A stretch of 64,000 nucleotides of DNA, from positions 1 through 64,000 of the IMG/VR virus record IMGVR_UViG_3300036985_010228; one strand, 5' to 3'. Position 1 is the stretch's first letter, and the number at the start of each line of letters is the position of its first letter. The position numbers and the translations under genes are program-made. The stretch is from a virus. This document shows, in pieces, positions 38,401 through 47,242 of this stretch. The notes beneath the pieces are model-generated. The model saw only the letters and a list, made by a program, of their open reading frames with translations. It made no database searches and was not told the origin of the DNA.

Positions 38401-41400
38401 ATGTCAGTAGGAATTCCGCTGAAGATCGTCAACGGCACGACGCAGCAACTCGCAACCGGCGACAACGTCTCAGCGAACGGCATGGAGCAGCGGTCGGGGA
38501 CGGCCCTGACCCTCGGCAACGCCTCCACGACCGGTATCGACATTGGCACCGGGGTCGGTCTCACGGCGCTCAACATTGGCTCCGGCTACACAGGCGCGGC
38601 CCAGATCATCAACGTCGGCACGAGTGCGACCACCGGGTCGGTGATCAACCTCGGTTCGGCCTCCTCTGAGGTGGTCGTTCCCGGAACCATGACGGTCACG
38701 ACGACCGCAGCGTTCGACGGCGCGACGACGATCGGCACGTCGCCCGGCACGGACGGTGACACCCTCACCGTCTACGCCATGACGACCTTCACGGCAGGTC
38801 GCGTGACGGGGAGTATTGACTTCAAGAAGGAGACCGCAGGTCACGCGCTCACGGTCGTGGACTCCACGACTCGGGCCGCTGCTGGTTCGCCCCTGACCGT
38901 CCGGTCCGCTGCCGGTGCGACAGACGGTGGGGTCGGCGGCGTCCTCTCGCTCAAGTCTGGTGCTGGCGGTGACGTTGTCCAGGGCACGAACACCAGCTTC
39001 GCGGCGTCAGCAGGTACAACCACCTTCGTGACCCCCCAGGCGCTCTTCGTGGGTGGGGACGTGGGTCGCACGATCCGGATCGCTGGATCCACGACGAACA
39101 ACGGCGACTTCACGATCGCCTCGTATATCAGCCCCACCTCCGTGACCTGGGCTACGGGCGTCGGACTGACTGAGGCGGGCGCAGGGACGTGGGAGTTCAC
39201 GAGCGTCCTGGGTCAGGCCGGTGGTGCTGTCTCCATGATCGGTGGGGCCGGTGGTATCGGTTCGGTTGACCTCGCCGCAGGCGACGGTGGTGCGATCACA
39301 ATCTCGGGCGGCACAGGCGGCGCGGGCGCGGTCGGTGGCTCCGGTGGTGCTCTCACGCTCACCTCGGGTGTGCCTACTGGCACCTCCCTGCCCGGCGTTC
39401 TTTCGATCCAGTCCGGCGGGGCGGACATTCTCACGGTGGACGGTCAGGGCAACGTCGTCCTCAAGACGATCGCCGACGACAGCATCAACACGCTCAGCCT
39501 GAGCACGGGGAATAACTCCAGCAAGGGCGGCGGCGCTTTCAGTGTCGTCACGGGCAACGGTGGCTCTGCCTCCCTTGCGGTCGGCGGGAAGATCTCTCTC
39601 ACCGCAGGCAACGGTGGTTCGGGGACCGGGGCTGACGGCGGCTCTGTCGAGATCACTGCTGGTAACAGCGGGTCCACGACGGGCAACTCGGGTGCAGTCA
39701 CGATCCTGGGTGGCAGCACCACCTTGGGCGGTGTGGACGGTGGCAACGTCACCCTCACGGGCGGCACTTCTTCCGCAGCCAAGGCTGGTGGTGTGATCGC
39801 AACCACCTCGCGCACGGCCAGCGGTGTCACACCCACAACGGACGGCCCTGTCCTCACGCTCACGCAAGCCGCTGGCTCTGCGAGCGTGTGGGTCGGTGCA
39901 ACGTCCCCCCACGGCAACGTGTCTGGCACACAGGGCTCGCTGTACCTGAAGACGGACGGCACGGTCTACGTCAACACGACCACGGGCACGACGTGGACCC
40001 AGCTTGCAGCGTCGGGCGGGACCAGCCTCCAGTCGGCCTACGACGCGGCGACGCCGACGATCGCCCTCGACACCTCGGGCGGTATCCAGTTCAATCAGGT
40101 TGACGGCACGAACGTCAACGCACCGACGCTCTCGCTCACCAACACCGAAGACGGTGCGGCGAACAGCACCCTCTCGGTGGACCGCAGCCCGGTTACCACT
40201 CCGGCGGCTGGTTACGGTATCACCGTCGCAATGGGTGTAAACGCGACGGCCACCGGTCTGAACCTCGTCCAAAGCGGTACGGCAAGCGGTTCGCACGGTA
40301 TCAACGTCAACATCACCGGCCCCCAGCATCTTACGGCATACGGTGTTGGTATCAATGTCCAGAACGCCGGGTCAACTGGCACTGGTCTCTCCGTCACACA
40401 CGCGGGTACTGGACCCGGCATTTCGGTGGCCGCGAACGGAACCGGAATCGCCGCCCAGTTCAACGCCTCGAACAGCCCCACCTTCGGCAGCACTGTCACC
40501 ATGGCCAACACGGGCACTGGCGGCGGCTCTGTCCTGGACATCACGGGAGCCCTGGGTCACGGCGGAATCAGCCTCGCGGCGGTTGACGCGGTGGGCGTCG
40601 GTATCACCATGAGTGGCCTGGGCACTGGCCTGATTGTCGATCAGACCAGCACTGGTGACATTGCCCTGTTCAAGGACAACGGCTCGGCGATCCTCACCCT
40701 CACGGGCGCGGGAGCGATCACTGCTGAGCCCACGAGCGGACAGAACTTCACCGTTCAGTCCAAGGGTGGCGCGACGGCAATCGCCCTCAACACGACGACC
40801 GGTGTGACCCCCACGGGTGCAATCACGATCGACTCCGCAGCGGGCGTCTCGATCGACGCAGCAACCTCCTCGAACTTCACGGTCGCAAGCGGCGCGGCTC
40901 TCGAACTGACGTTCGGGGCGCACGGCTCGACGATCGACCTCAACACGCTCGCCGACCCGTCGCTGGTCGGCTTCACCAAGCAGTCGATCGTCGGCGCGCT
41001 CAACGAACTCAAGGTCGGCACCACGGCGGCCTCGCAGATCGTCCAGACCGGGTTCGACACCGCAACCAACTCGGTCACGGCGGGTATGCTCGGCTACCTG
41101 ACCACGACGGCAAATCGGGTTCAGAAGGCTATCGCAACCTCCCTGGCTGCGGCATTGGTCTTCGGAGCCAACGAGGGCACGGCGGGGTCCATGACCACGG
41201 CGGGCACGATCGAGGACCAGACCGTGGACGCAGGCGTCGTGCTTCTCCCAGGCGACCGTCTGTTCCTGTCAGCTTCGACGGCTGGCTCGGTCACGAACGT
41301 CGCCCCGTCCACCCTCACGCAGGTCGTCATTCCGGTCGGCTACTCCCGCACGGGAAGCCCGGTCGCTAGCTCGGGTACGGGGGACTCCTTCGCCTCTGCC

Positions 41401-41649
41401 ACTGGAACCACCACACTGACGGATGCTGGTGCAACATGGACGGCTGCGGACGTGGGTCGCACGATCGTCATTGCGGGCGCAACCGATCCTCTCCACAACG
41501 GAACCTTCGTGATCACCGCACAGGGCGGCACGACGGTATCCTACCTGAGCGCCACCCCCGGCGCAGACCAGGCATACGCGGGTGCCTGGACCGTCTACAA
41601 GCGCACGAACGACATGGTCCTCGCGGTCGGCTCGCCGGTCGTCCTCTGA
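38401..41649 (+). CDS. Long Gly/Thr-rich fibre protein (1082 aa)
   Basis: GGxVxLTxGxG repeats, TSLQSAYD module, two copies of a DVGRTIxIAG...NGxFxI domain, and C-terminal PGDRLFLS...AGSVTNVAP (DUF2190-like). Confidence 0.8.
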   Translation: MSVGIPLKIVNGTTQQLATGDNVSANGMEQRSGTALTLGNASTTGIDIGTGVGLTALNIGSGYTGAAQIINVGTSATTGSVINLGSASSEVVVPGTMTVTTTAAFDGATTIGTSPGTDGDTLTVYAMTTFTAGRVTGSIDFKKETAGHALTVVDSTTRAAAGSPLTVRSAAGATDGGVGGVLSLKSGAGGDVVQGTNTSFAASAGTTTFVTPQALFVGGDVGRTIRIAGSTTNNGDFTIASYISPTSVTWATGVGLTEAGAGTWEFTSVLGQAGGAVSMIGGAGGIGSVDLAAGDGGAITISGGTGGAGAVGGSGGALTLTSGVPTGTSLPGVLSIQSGGADILTVDGQGNVVLKTIADDSINTLSLSTGNNSSKGGGAFSVVTGNGGSASLAVGGKISLTAGNGGSGTGADGGSVEITAGNSGSTTGNSGAVTILGGSTTLGGVDGGNVTLTGGTSSAAKAGGVIATTSRTASGVTPTTDGPVLTLTQAAGSASVWVGATSPHGNVSGTQGSLYLKTDGTVYVNTTTGTTWTQLAASGGTSLQSAYDAATPTIALDTSGGIQFNQVDGTNVNAPTLSLTNTEDGAANSTLSVDRSPVTTPAAGYGITVAMGVNATATGLNLVQSGTASGSHGINVNITGPQHLTAYGVGINVQNAGSTGTGLSVTHAGTGPGISVAANGTGIAAQFNASNSPTFGSTVTMANTGTGGGSVLDITGALGHGGISLAAVDAVGVGITMSGLGTGLIVDQTSTGDIALFKDNGSAILTLTGAGAITAEPTSGQNFTVQSKGGATAIALNTTTGVTPTGAITIDSAAGVSIDAATSSNFTVASGAALELTFGAHGSTIDLNTLADPSLVGFTKQSIVGALNELKVGTTAASQIVQTGFDTATNSVTAGMLGYLTTTANRVQKAIATSLAAALVFGANEGTAGSMTTAGTIEDQTVDAGVVLLPGDRLFLSASTAGSVTNVAPSTLTQVVIPVGYSRTGSPVASSGTGDSFASATGTTTLTDAGATWTAADVGRTIVIAGATDPLHNGTFVITAQGGTTVSYLSATPGADQAYAGAWTVYKRTNDMVLAVGSPVVL

Positions 41650-41671
41650 GCCTTCTAGGGGAGTGAACTGA

Positions 41672-41700
41672 GGGAAGCCACCCAATCTGGGTGGCTTCCC
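41672..41700 (+). terminator. Perfect 13-bp stem-loop after the long fibre gene
   Basis: GGGAAGCCACCCA-ATC-TGGGTGGCTTCCC. There is no U-tract, so a terminator role is uncertain. Confidence 0.55.
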
Positions 41701-41715
41701 CGCTACAGGAGACCC

Positions 41716-42075
41716 TTGCCCGCGTTCAAGCCAATCGTCCTCGGACCCACGGGTTCCATGGAGCAACTTCCCGTAGGGAGCGTCCTGGTAGGGGCAAACT
41801 CCTCGGGCAGTGCGACGTTGGACTTTGGGCTGGCCCCTGGCTCGAATATCGCTGAGGCGGTGGTCACGGGCCTCCCTGCAATCACTGCGGGGGCTCGGGT
41901 TCAGGCTTGGCTCATGGCGTCTTCGACGGCCTCGCACAACAGCTACGAGCACGCTGTCGTGCCTATGAAAATCACTTGTGGGAGCGTCATTCCAGGGACT
42001 GGCTTCACGATCACAGGTGTCACGGAATGGCGTCTAACCGGAACCTTCACTGTCCAGTGGATAGTGTGGGCGTAG
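41716..42075 (+). CDS. Small structural protein
   Basis: 119 aa; its KPIVL.....EQL..G start resembles the N-terminus of the 38401 protein (PLKIVNGTTQQLATG). Confidence 0.6.
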   Translation: MPAFKPIVLGPTGSMEQLPVGSVLVGANSSGSATLDFGLAPGSNIAEAVVTGLPAITAGARVQAWLMASSTASHNSYEHAVVPMKITCGSVIPGTGFTITGVTEWRLTGTFTVQWIVWA

Positions 42076-42085
42076 TGAGGGCTTC

Positions 42086-42280
42086 ATGATCACTTCAGGC
42101 GGACCACTCGGCGGCAACTCGGTGAGCGACGTTCCAGACGGAACGTCGATCGACCTCCCTTGTGACGACCCAAGGGGTCGTCTTGCCCGCTACACGGCCT
42201 ACACCGACCCGGAGACGGGCCAGCAGCAGGCGATCTTCGCTGGATTGGTACAACCCCCAGCCCCCCCGGTAGGAGTCTGA
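42086..42280 (+). CDS. Small hypothetical protein
   Basis: 64 aa filling the gap between co-oriented genes. Confidence 0.4.
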   Translation: MITSGGPLGGNSVSDVPDGTSIDLPCDDPRGRLARYTAYTDPETGQQQAIFAGLVQPPAPPVGV

Positions 42281-42281
42281 C

Positions 42282-43724
42282 ATGGCTGGCTTTCGCGTAG
42301 AGGGCAACACCTCCGGCAACGTCGCAGAGGTTGACTCTGGGCACCACCTCCTGACCAATCTCGGCAAGGACACGGCGCTCGCTGGGTACGTCGCGATCAT
42401 GTCGGAGAACGACGACGGCGCAGATACGGGCGTTCCGTACCTCCAGTCGCCTGAGACGACCGACGACTTCCGGCTTCGCGTGGGTACGGACACGCTGCTG
42501 CTGAGTGAGTCCTTCAACTACACGGCTCAGAACTCAGGGGTGTTCAAGCACCTCCTGACGACCATGACGATCACGTACACGTCAGGTCTCGTGAACCTGA
42601 ACGCTGGAGCCAGTGTTGCAGCAAACACGCAGGCACTCTTTCAGACGTGGCGGACGTTCCCCCTGACAGGTGCGGCACCGACCTACTTCGAGTGGACGGC
42701 GCTCTACATGAGCACGCTCCAGTCGGACAACGTCATGGAGATCGGCGCAGGCATTCCCTCGACGGCAACCCCTTGGGCGCTGAACGACGGAATCGTGTTC
42801 CGCTACACGGCGGCTGGAGAGTTGAAGGGAGTCATTTCCAACAACGGCTCTGAGACAATGACCCCGGCGTTCACGAACGTCCCTGCGGTCGGTGTGCTTC
42901 ACCGTTATGTGATCACGGTGAACCAGACAGAGGTCGAGTTCTGGATCGACAACACGCTCCAGGCGAAGCTCGACATTCCTGGTGGGACTGGAAGCCCATG
43001 CTCAGAGTCAGCACTCCCGGCGTTCTCCCGTATCTACAACACGTCAGCATTCGTAGGTACAGCGCAGATCCTCAAGGTCTCGGACACAACGGTCAGCCTG
43101 GGTGACTGGGCGACTAGCAAGGCGTGGTCGGATCAAATGGCCGGTGCTGGCCTCAGCGCGATCCAGGGCGCTGGCGGCATGGCTCAGGGCTCGACCGCGA
43201 ACTACGCCAACAGCGCGGCCCCGGCCTCTGCCACTCTTGCAAACGCCACGGCAGGCTATGTCACGCTCGGAGGTCAGTGGCAGTTCTTGGCTGTGGCTGG
43301 ATCCGAGACTGACTACGCGCTGTTCGGGTACCTTGTGCCCGCACCAGCAGTCGCGGTCACGGGGCGACAACTGTTCATTACCGAAGTGTCAATCTCTGCG
43401 ATCAACACCGTCGCAGCGGTGGCTACCACTGCGACGGTGCTCCAGTGGGCAATCGCTGTGGGCTCGTCCGCCGTCTCCCTGGCGCAGGCTGAAGGTGCTG
43501 CGACCAAGGCTCGCCGGGTCAAGACGCTCGGGTTCCAATCTTTCCCGATCGGTGCGGCAATCGCAGCCATGCCGACACCCCCGGAGATCGTCCGCAACTT
43601 CAAGACCCCCCTCGTAGCAAACGCGGGTGAGTACGTTCACGTCATTCTCAAAATGCCGATCGCGACGGCGACCGCCACGCAGATCATTCGTGGCACCTGT
43701 TCGATCACTGCCTACTGGGAGTGA
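42282..43724 (+). CDS. Virion protein with concanavalin/LamG-like beta-sandwich (possible receptor binding)
   Basis: LHRYVITVNQTEVEFWIDNTL motif typical of ConA-like domains; lies at the end of the fibre cluster. Confidence 0.6.
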   Translation: MAGFRVEGNTSGNVAEVDSGHHLLTNLGKDTALAGYVAIMSENDDGADTGVPYLQSPETTDDFRLRVGTDTLLLSESFNYTAQNSGVFKHLLTTMTITYTSGLVNLNAGASVAANTQALFQTWRTFPLTGAAPTYFEWTALYMSTLQSDNVMEIGAGIPSTATPWALNDGIVFRYTAAGELKGVISNNGSETMTPAFTNVPAVGVLHRYVITVNQTEVEFWIDNTLQAKLDIPGGTGSPCSESALPAFSRIYNTSAFVGTAQILKVSDTTVSLGDWATSKAWSDQMAGAGLSAIQGAGGMAQGSTANYANSAAPASATLANATAGYVTLGGQWQFLAVAGSETDYALFGYLVPAPAVAVTGRQLFITEVSISAINTVAAVATTATVLQWAIAVGSSAVSLAQAEGAATKARRVKTLGFQSFPIGAAIAAMPTPPEIVRNFKTPLVANAGEYVHVILKMPIATATATQIIRGTCSITAYWE

Positions 43725-43868
43725 CTTCGGTTGGGTGCCCCCAACCTGACACCCTCAACATGAGAATGGCTGCGTGACCCTCCGAAAGGCACTGGTAGAA
43801 GCGGCGTGGGTATCATTGGGAGGGGCGTAACTACCCCACCAACCCTCACCTGAGAGATAGCACTACCC

Positions 43869-44186
43869 ATGGCCAAGCCGAAGAAGCCCCAAGCCGTCGC
43901 CGCCCCGGTCGCAGAAGCCCCCGTCGCGGTCGCCGCAATCGAAGAGACGCCCGTTCCCGCTGACCCCTACGCGGTGACCGAGTTCGTGCTCGACCCGCAC
44001 GACGCGACGCTCGTGCAACTCAGCCAGGAGCGGATCCAGAACGCCCAGCTTCACCTCCAGAACCGCAAGAACGAGTTCGAGGGGCTCCTCGCTCAGGTTC
44101 GCACGAAGTACGAGGAGGGTGGCAAGTTCACCATGTCCACGATCGACGTGGCCCGTGGCGTCGGCGGTCGGGCTCTCCGGCGCTGA
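43869..44186 (+). CDS. Small coiled-coil protein
   Basis: 105 aa, typical codon usage. Confidence 0.6.
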   Translation: MAKPKKPQAVAAPVAEAPVAVAAIEETPVPADPYAVTEFVLDPHDATLVQLSQERIQNAQLHLQNRKNEFEGLLAQVRTKYEEGGKFTMSTIDVARGVGGRALRR

Positions 44187-44282
44187 AGAGCGACCTGAGG
44201 CGATCTAGTAGATCCTCAGGCTCACTAGGTCGCCCAATCAGGGCGCTACGTTGCTGTCCCTATACTTGTGCCTCGGTAGCCC

Positions 44283-44834
44283 ATGAGTCCGAAGCCCCCG
44301 AAGCCAGCGAGCCCGTCCCAGGTCAGCTACACCAAGCACCTGATCGACCAGGCCGTGTCTGGAGTCAAGGGCGTCCCCGGCTGGCTCTCGAAGGACGAAG
44401 CTCCCTCGGAGAAGCAGCTTGCGGACATGGACGCCGACGCGATCTCGGCGCTCATTGACTCACTCAAGGCCCGCAAGCCCTTCGAGGTCGAGCGGTTCGG
44501 CAACGGCTCCTACCGAGTCCACAGAAAGTCCTCCCTCATGACACCCTCAATCTCTCGTGTTGCGTACATGGCGCTCGCCCGGCAAGCCGTGAGGGGTGTT
44601 CTGGCGGGGCGGCTTCCCTCTGGCCCCGGAGCAGAGGAGGCGAAGAAAATGCTCGACATGATGCTCCAGGACGCGCCTGTCGGGCACGTCTTCTCCGCGA
44701 AGGACGTTCACAAGAACGTCGGCGGCAAGTGGATCGAGATCTTCCAGTCCCTCGGCTCGACCTTCGGGGACAAGGTGCTCCTCCGCACGGACGAGCCCGG
44801 CAAGTACATGATCGCCAAGGCCAAGCGGCACTGA
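44283..44834 (+). CDS. Two-domain hypothetical protein with internal SRVAYMALARQA tag
   Basis: 183 aa; CCTAT-N12-GTAG motif immediately upstream. Confidence 0.7.
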   Translation: MSPKPPKPASPSQVSYTKHLIDQAVSGVKGVPGWLSKDEAPSEKQLADMDADAISALIDSLKARKPFEVERFGNGSYRVHRKSSLMTPSISRVAYMALARQAVRGVLAGRLPSGPGAEEAKKMLDMMLQDAPVGHVFSAKDVHKNVGGKWIEIFQSLGSTFGDKVLLRTDEPGKYMIAKAKRH

Positions 44835-44839
44835 TCTGC

Positions 44840-45853
44840 GTGCGTGCGCTCGGCCAACTAAGCGTCCCAATCTTTCTTCAGGAGAAGAGCTACTCCTGCG
44901 GCGCGGCGGCGGTACGCTCGGTCGTCTCGTACTTCACCGGGCAGGACATTCCTGAGCAGGCGCTCCGGGCCGCCTTGAAGACGAGCCCGGAGGAGGGGAC
45001 CGACCCTTCCGACATGGTGGCGTTCCTCGACCGGCTGCCTGGGCTGACGGTCCAGTTGAGGCCCCTGACTGTCGAGGACCTCCGCCGCTGTGTGGACGGT
45101 GGGGAGGTCGTGATCGTCGAGCTTCAAGCCTGGTCCGAAGAGAAGGACCCAGACTACCGGAAGTCGTGGGACGACGGTCACTTCGTCGTCCTGAGCGGGT
45201 ACGAGGGCGACCGGTTCCTCTTTGCTGACCCGTCCTCGGAGAAGCCAGACTACCTCGAAGCGGACGAGCTTGAGGAGCGGTGGCATGACGAGGACGGGGG
45301 AATGCGTGCGGAGAGGCTGGGGATCGTCTGCACGCCCAAGAGAGCTACGCCCATGAGAACAGCCTCGCAGCACCGTGTCGGTCGGATCTTCGCCCTGAAG
45401 GTCGCCCTGGAGACGAAGAAGTGGGGGCCGTTCGAGTTCAAGATCGACCGTCCGAAGGGCTTCAAGAAGGAGTGGCCCCAGGACGACGGCTCGGTCAAGA
45501 GGTACACCTACCCGGTGGACTACGGGTACTTCGTCGGCCACACGGGCGAGGACAACGAGGGTCTCGACGCCTTCATTGGGGACGACCCTGAGGGGAAGAT
45601 TGAGAGCTTCCTCAAAATGAAGCCAGGCAAGGACGGGAAGCTCGTCCCTGACGAGACGAAGTTCCTGATCGGCCTCACGGAGGACGAGCGCAAGAAGGTC
45701 ATGGCGCTGTACGAGCCGGGAATGGTCACGGACCTCAAGGACTTCGTGGACGTGTACGAGTTGGTCGCCGCCTTGAACCACTTCCGGGACAAGAAGAACA
45801 AGAAGGCAGCGGCGGCTCGGGTCGCGGCCAGGTTCCTCGCTCGTCAAATCTGA
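44840..45853 (+). CDS. C39-like cysteine peptidase fused to inorganic-pyrophosphatase-like domain
   Basis: QEKSYSCGAAA, GHFVVLSGY and FADP (C39 triad); YPVDYGY...GEDNEGLDAFIG...DETK (phage InPase-like). Start set to the GTG at 44840. Confidence 0.8.
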   Translation: MRALGQLSVPIFLQEKSYSCGAAAVRSVVSYFTGQDIPEQALRAALKTSPEEGTDPSDMVAFLDRLPGLTVQLRPLTVEDLRRCVDGGEVVIVELQAWSEEKDPDYRKSWDDGHFVVLSGYEGDRFLFADPSSEKPDYLEADELEERWHDEDGGMRAERLGIVCTPKRATPMRTASQHRVGRIFALKVALETKKWGPFEFKIDRPKGFKKEWPQDDGSVKRYTYPVDYGYFVGHTGEDNEGLDAFIGDDPEGKIESFLKMKPGKDGKLVPDETKFLIGLTEDERKKVMALYEPGMVTDLKDFVDVYELVAALNHFRDKKNKKAAAARVAARFLARQI

Positions 45854-45918
45854 TCTGTCGCTCAGGGAAAAGTGTAAAAGCCTCCGCCCCGTTCGCTTAG
45901 GGTGCAGGAGGCCAGTAC

Positions 45919-46863
45919 ATGGCGACGGTGATTCCTGTCACGGGAGAGACAGTTCAGGTAGAGCCTCCGGATAGCCTCCAGGAGGTTGACCGGCTGATCG
46001 CTCCGTCGGTGCCGATCTACGCCCGCAGGGTCTGGTCCAACGGGGACTCAACCTTCATTTTCTCGGACCTCCCCAACGGGATCTACAACGACATTCACAA
46101 CGTCCGGGCCACCCGGTTCATTGTGTCGCGAGGCGGCGCGGGTGAGTCAGTCTACGGGTCGGCGCTGTTCCTCTCCAGCGAGGAGTGGGGCCAGCTTGAG
46201 GCGTCTGAGGTGGCGCGGCAGTCTGCCGCGATCCAAGCCCACCACCAGCAGAGTGTATGGGCCAAGATTCCGGGTGACACCTACCCCATAAAGGAGCAAC
46301 TCAAGGGGCTCGGTGGCAAGTGGGACGCCACCGCCCACACTTGGATCGTTCCGGCTGCCCGAGAGCAGGAGGCGCTCAAGCTCGTCGCGCTGCAAGCGGC
46401 CAAGACCAAGCTCGTCGCCCGCAACCGTGGCACCTCCAATGGCCCGGCCCAGGAGGTGGACGGAGCGCCTCGGCTGAACAGCCTCCCTGGCAAGTGCCAC
46501 CTCTGCGGCACCTCTATCGCCGCAAAGCAGGGCTCCCTCTTCTATGTGGCCAAGACGCCCGGTGCCCGCAAGACCGGCTGGCTCGTGGAGTGTCTCCCGT
46601 CGCAGGGCTGCAAGTCCGCTGGTCTTCCCGCAATCCTCGACGAGGAAGGGATCTTCGGTGTTCCTCCGCGTCCTCGCATTCCCGAAGGGCTCGACGACGA
46701 GGAGATCTTCCGCGAGCCTTCGCGCCCCATGGCCGGGAAGGCTCTCGTGGCAGACAAGGGGATTGAGGACCTCTTCGAGGACGCGCCCAAGCAGCCTGAC
46801 CCTGCTGTAGAGTTCAGGGACGACACCCTCGACCGGTTGTTGGACGAGGAAGCTCCGTTCTGA
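45919..46863 (+). CDS. Multi-domain hypothetical protein
   Basis: NVRAT...VYGSALF segment, TYPIKEQLKGLGGKWD...W (DUF5710-like), GKCHLCG zinc motif and an acidic tail ending EAPF. Confidence 0.7.
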   Translation: MATVIPVTGETVQVEPPDSLQEVDRLIAPSVPIYARRVWSNGDSTFIFSDLPNGIYNDIHNVRATRFIVSRGGAGESVYGSALFLSSEEWGQLEASEVARQSAAIQAHHQQSVWAKIPGDTYPIKEQLKGLGGKWDATAHTWIVPAAREQEALKLVALQAAKTKLVARNRGTSNGPAQEVDGAPRLNSLPGKCHLCGTSIAAKQGSLFYVAKTPGARKTGWLVECLPSQGCKSAGLPAILDEEGIFGVPPRPRIPEGLDDEEIFREPSRPMAGKALVADKGIEDLFEDAPKQPDPAVEFRDDTLDRLLDEEAPF

Positions 46864-46920
46864 GGGCACCGGTTGGGGGACGACGTGAGCGTCAATGCGT
46901 GGTCCGGGGACTGAGCCCGG

Positions 46921-46956
46921 CTCAAGGACAGTCTCAAGGACAACCTCAAGGACAGT
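46921..46956 (+). repeat. Three tandem 12-bp direct repeats CTCAAGGACA(GT/AC)
   Basis: ctcaaggacagt-ctcaaggacaac-ctcaaggacagt, ending 5 nt before the ATG at 46962. Confidence 0.9.
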
Positions 46957-46961
46957 GGACC

Positions 46962-47201
46962 ATGAAAGAGACACAGGGACAGATCGCTGCACGGCTCGGG
47001 ATCAGCAGGCAGGCCCTCTCGGCACGGATCCGACGTGGCTGGAAGCTGAAGGACGCCACCAACACCCCTGCGAAGGCCACGAACCAGAGGTTCGAGGGAG
47101 TGGACACCGTCCGGGCTCGGTGTGCGGCGGCGGGCGTCCCTGAGAACACCTACTACTCCCGTATCCAGCGGGGGCTGACTCCCGAAGAGGCGCTTCGCTG
47201 A
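46962..47201 (+). CDS. Small DNA-binding protein with two HTH-like repeats
   Basis: IAARLGISRQALSARIRRGW and AAAGVPENTYYSRIQRGLTPEEAL. Confidence 0.7.
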   Translation: MKETQGQIAARLGISRQALSARIRRGWKLKDATNTPAKATNQRFEGVDTVRARCAAAGVPENTYYSRIQRGLTPEEALR

Positions 47202-47242
47202 GTTCTGCTGTCAGATTCCCGAAACCCCAGCGTCATTGCTGC

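Noticed and set aside
46921-46956. Possible CRISPR array
   Set aside because: The repeats are 12 bp, contiguous and lack spacers; no cas genes are present.
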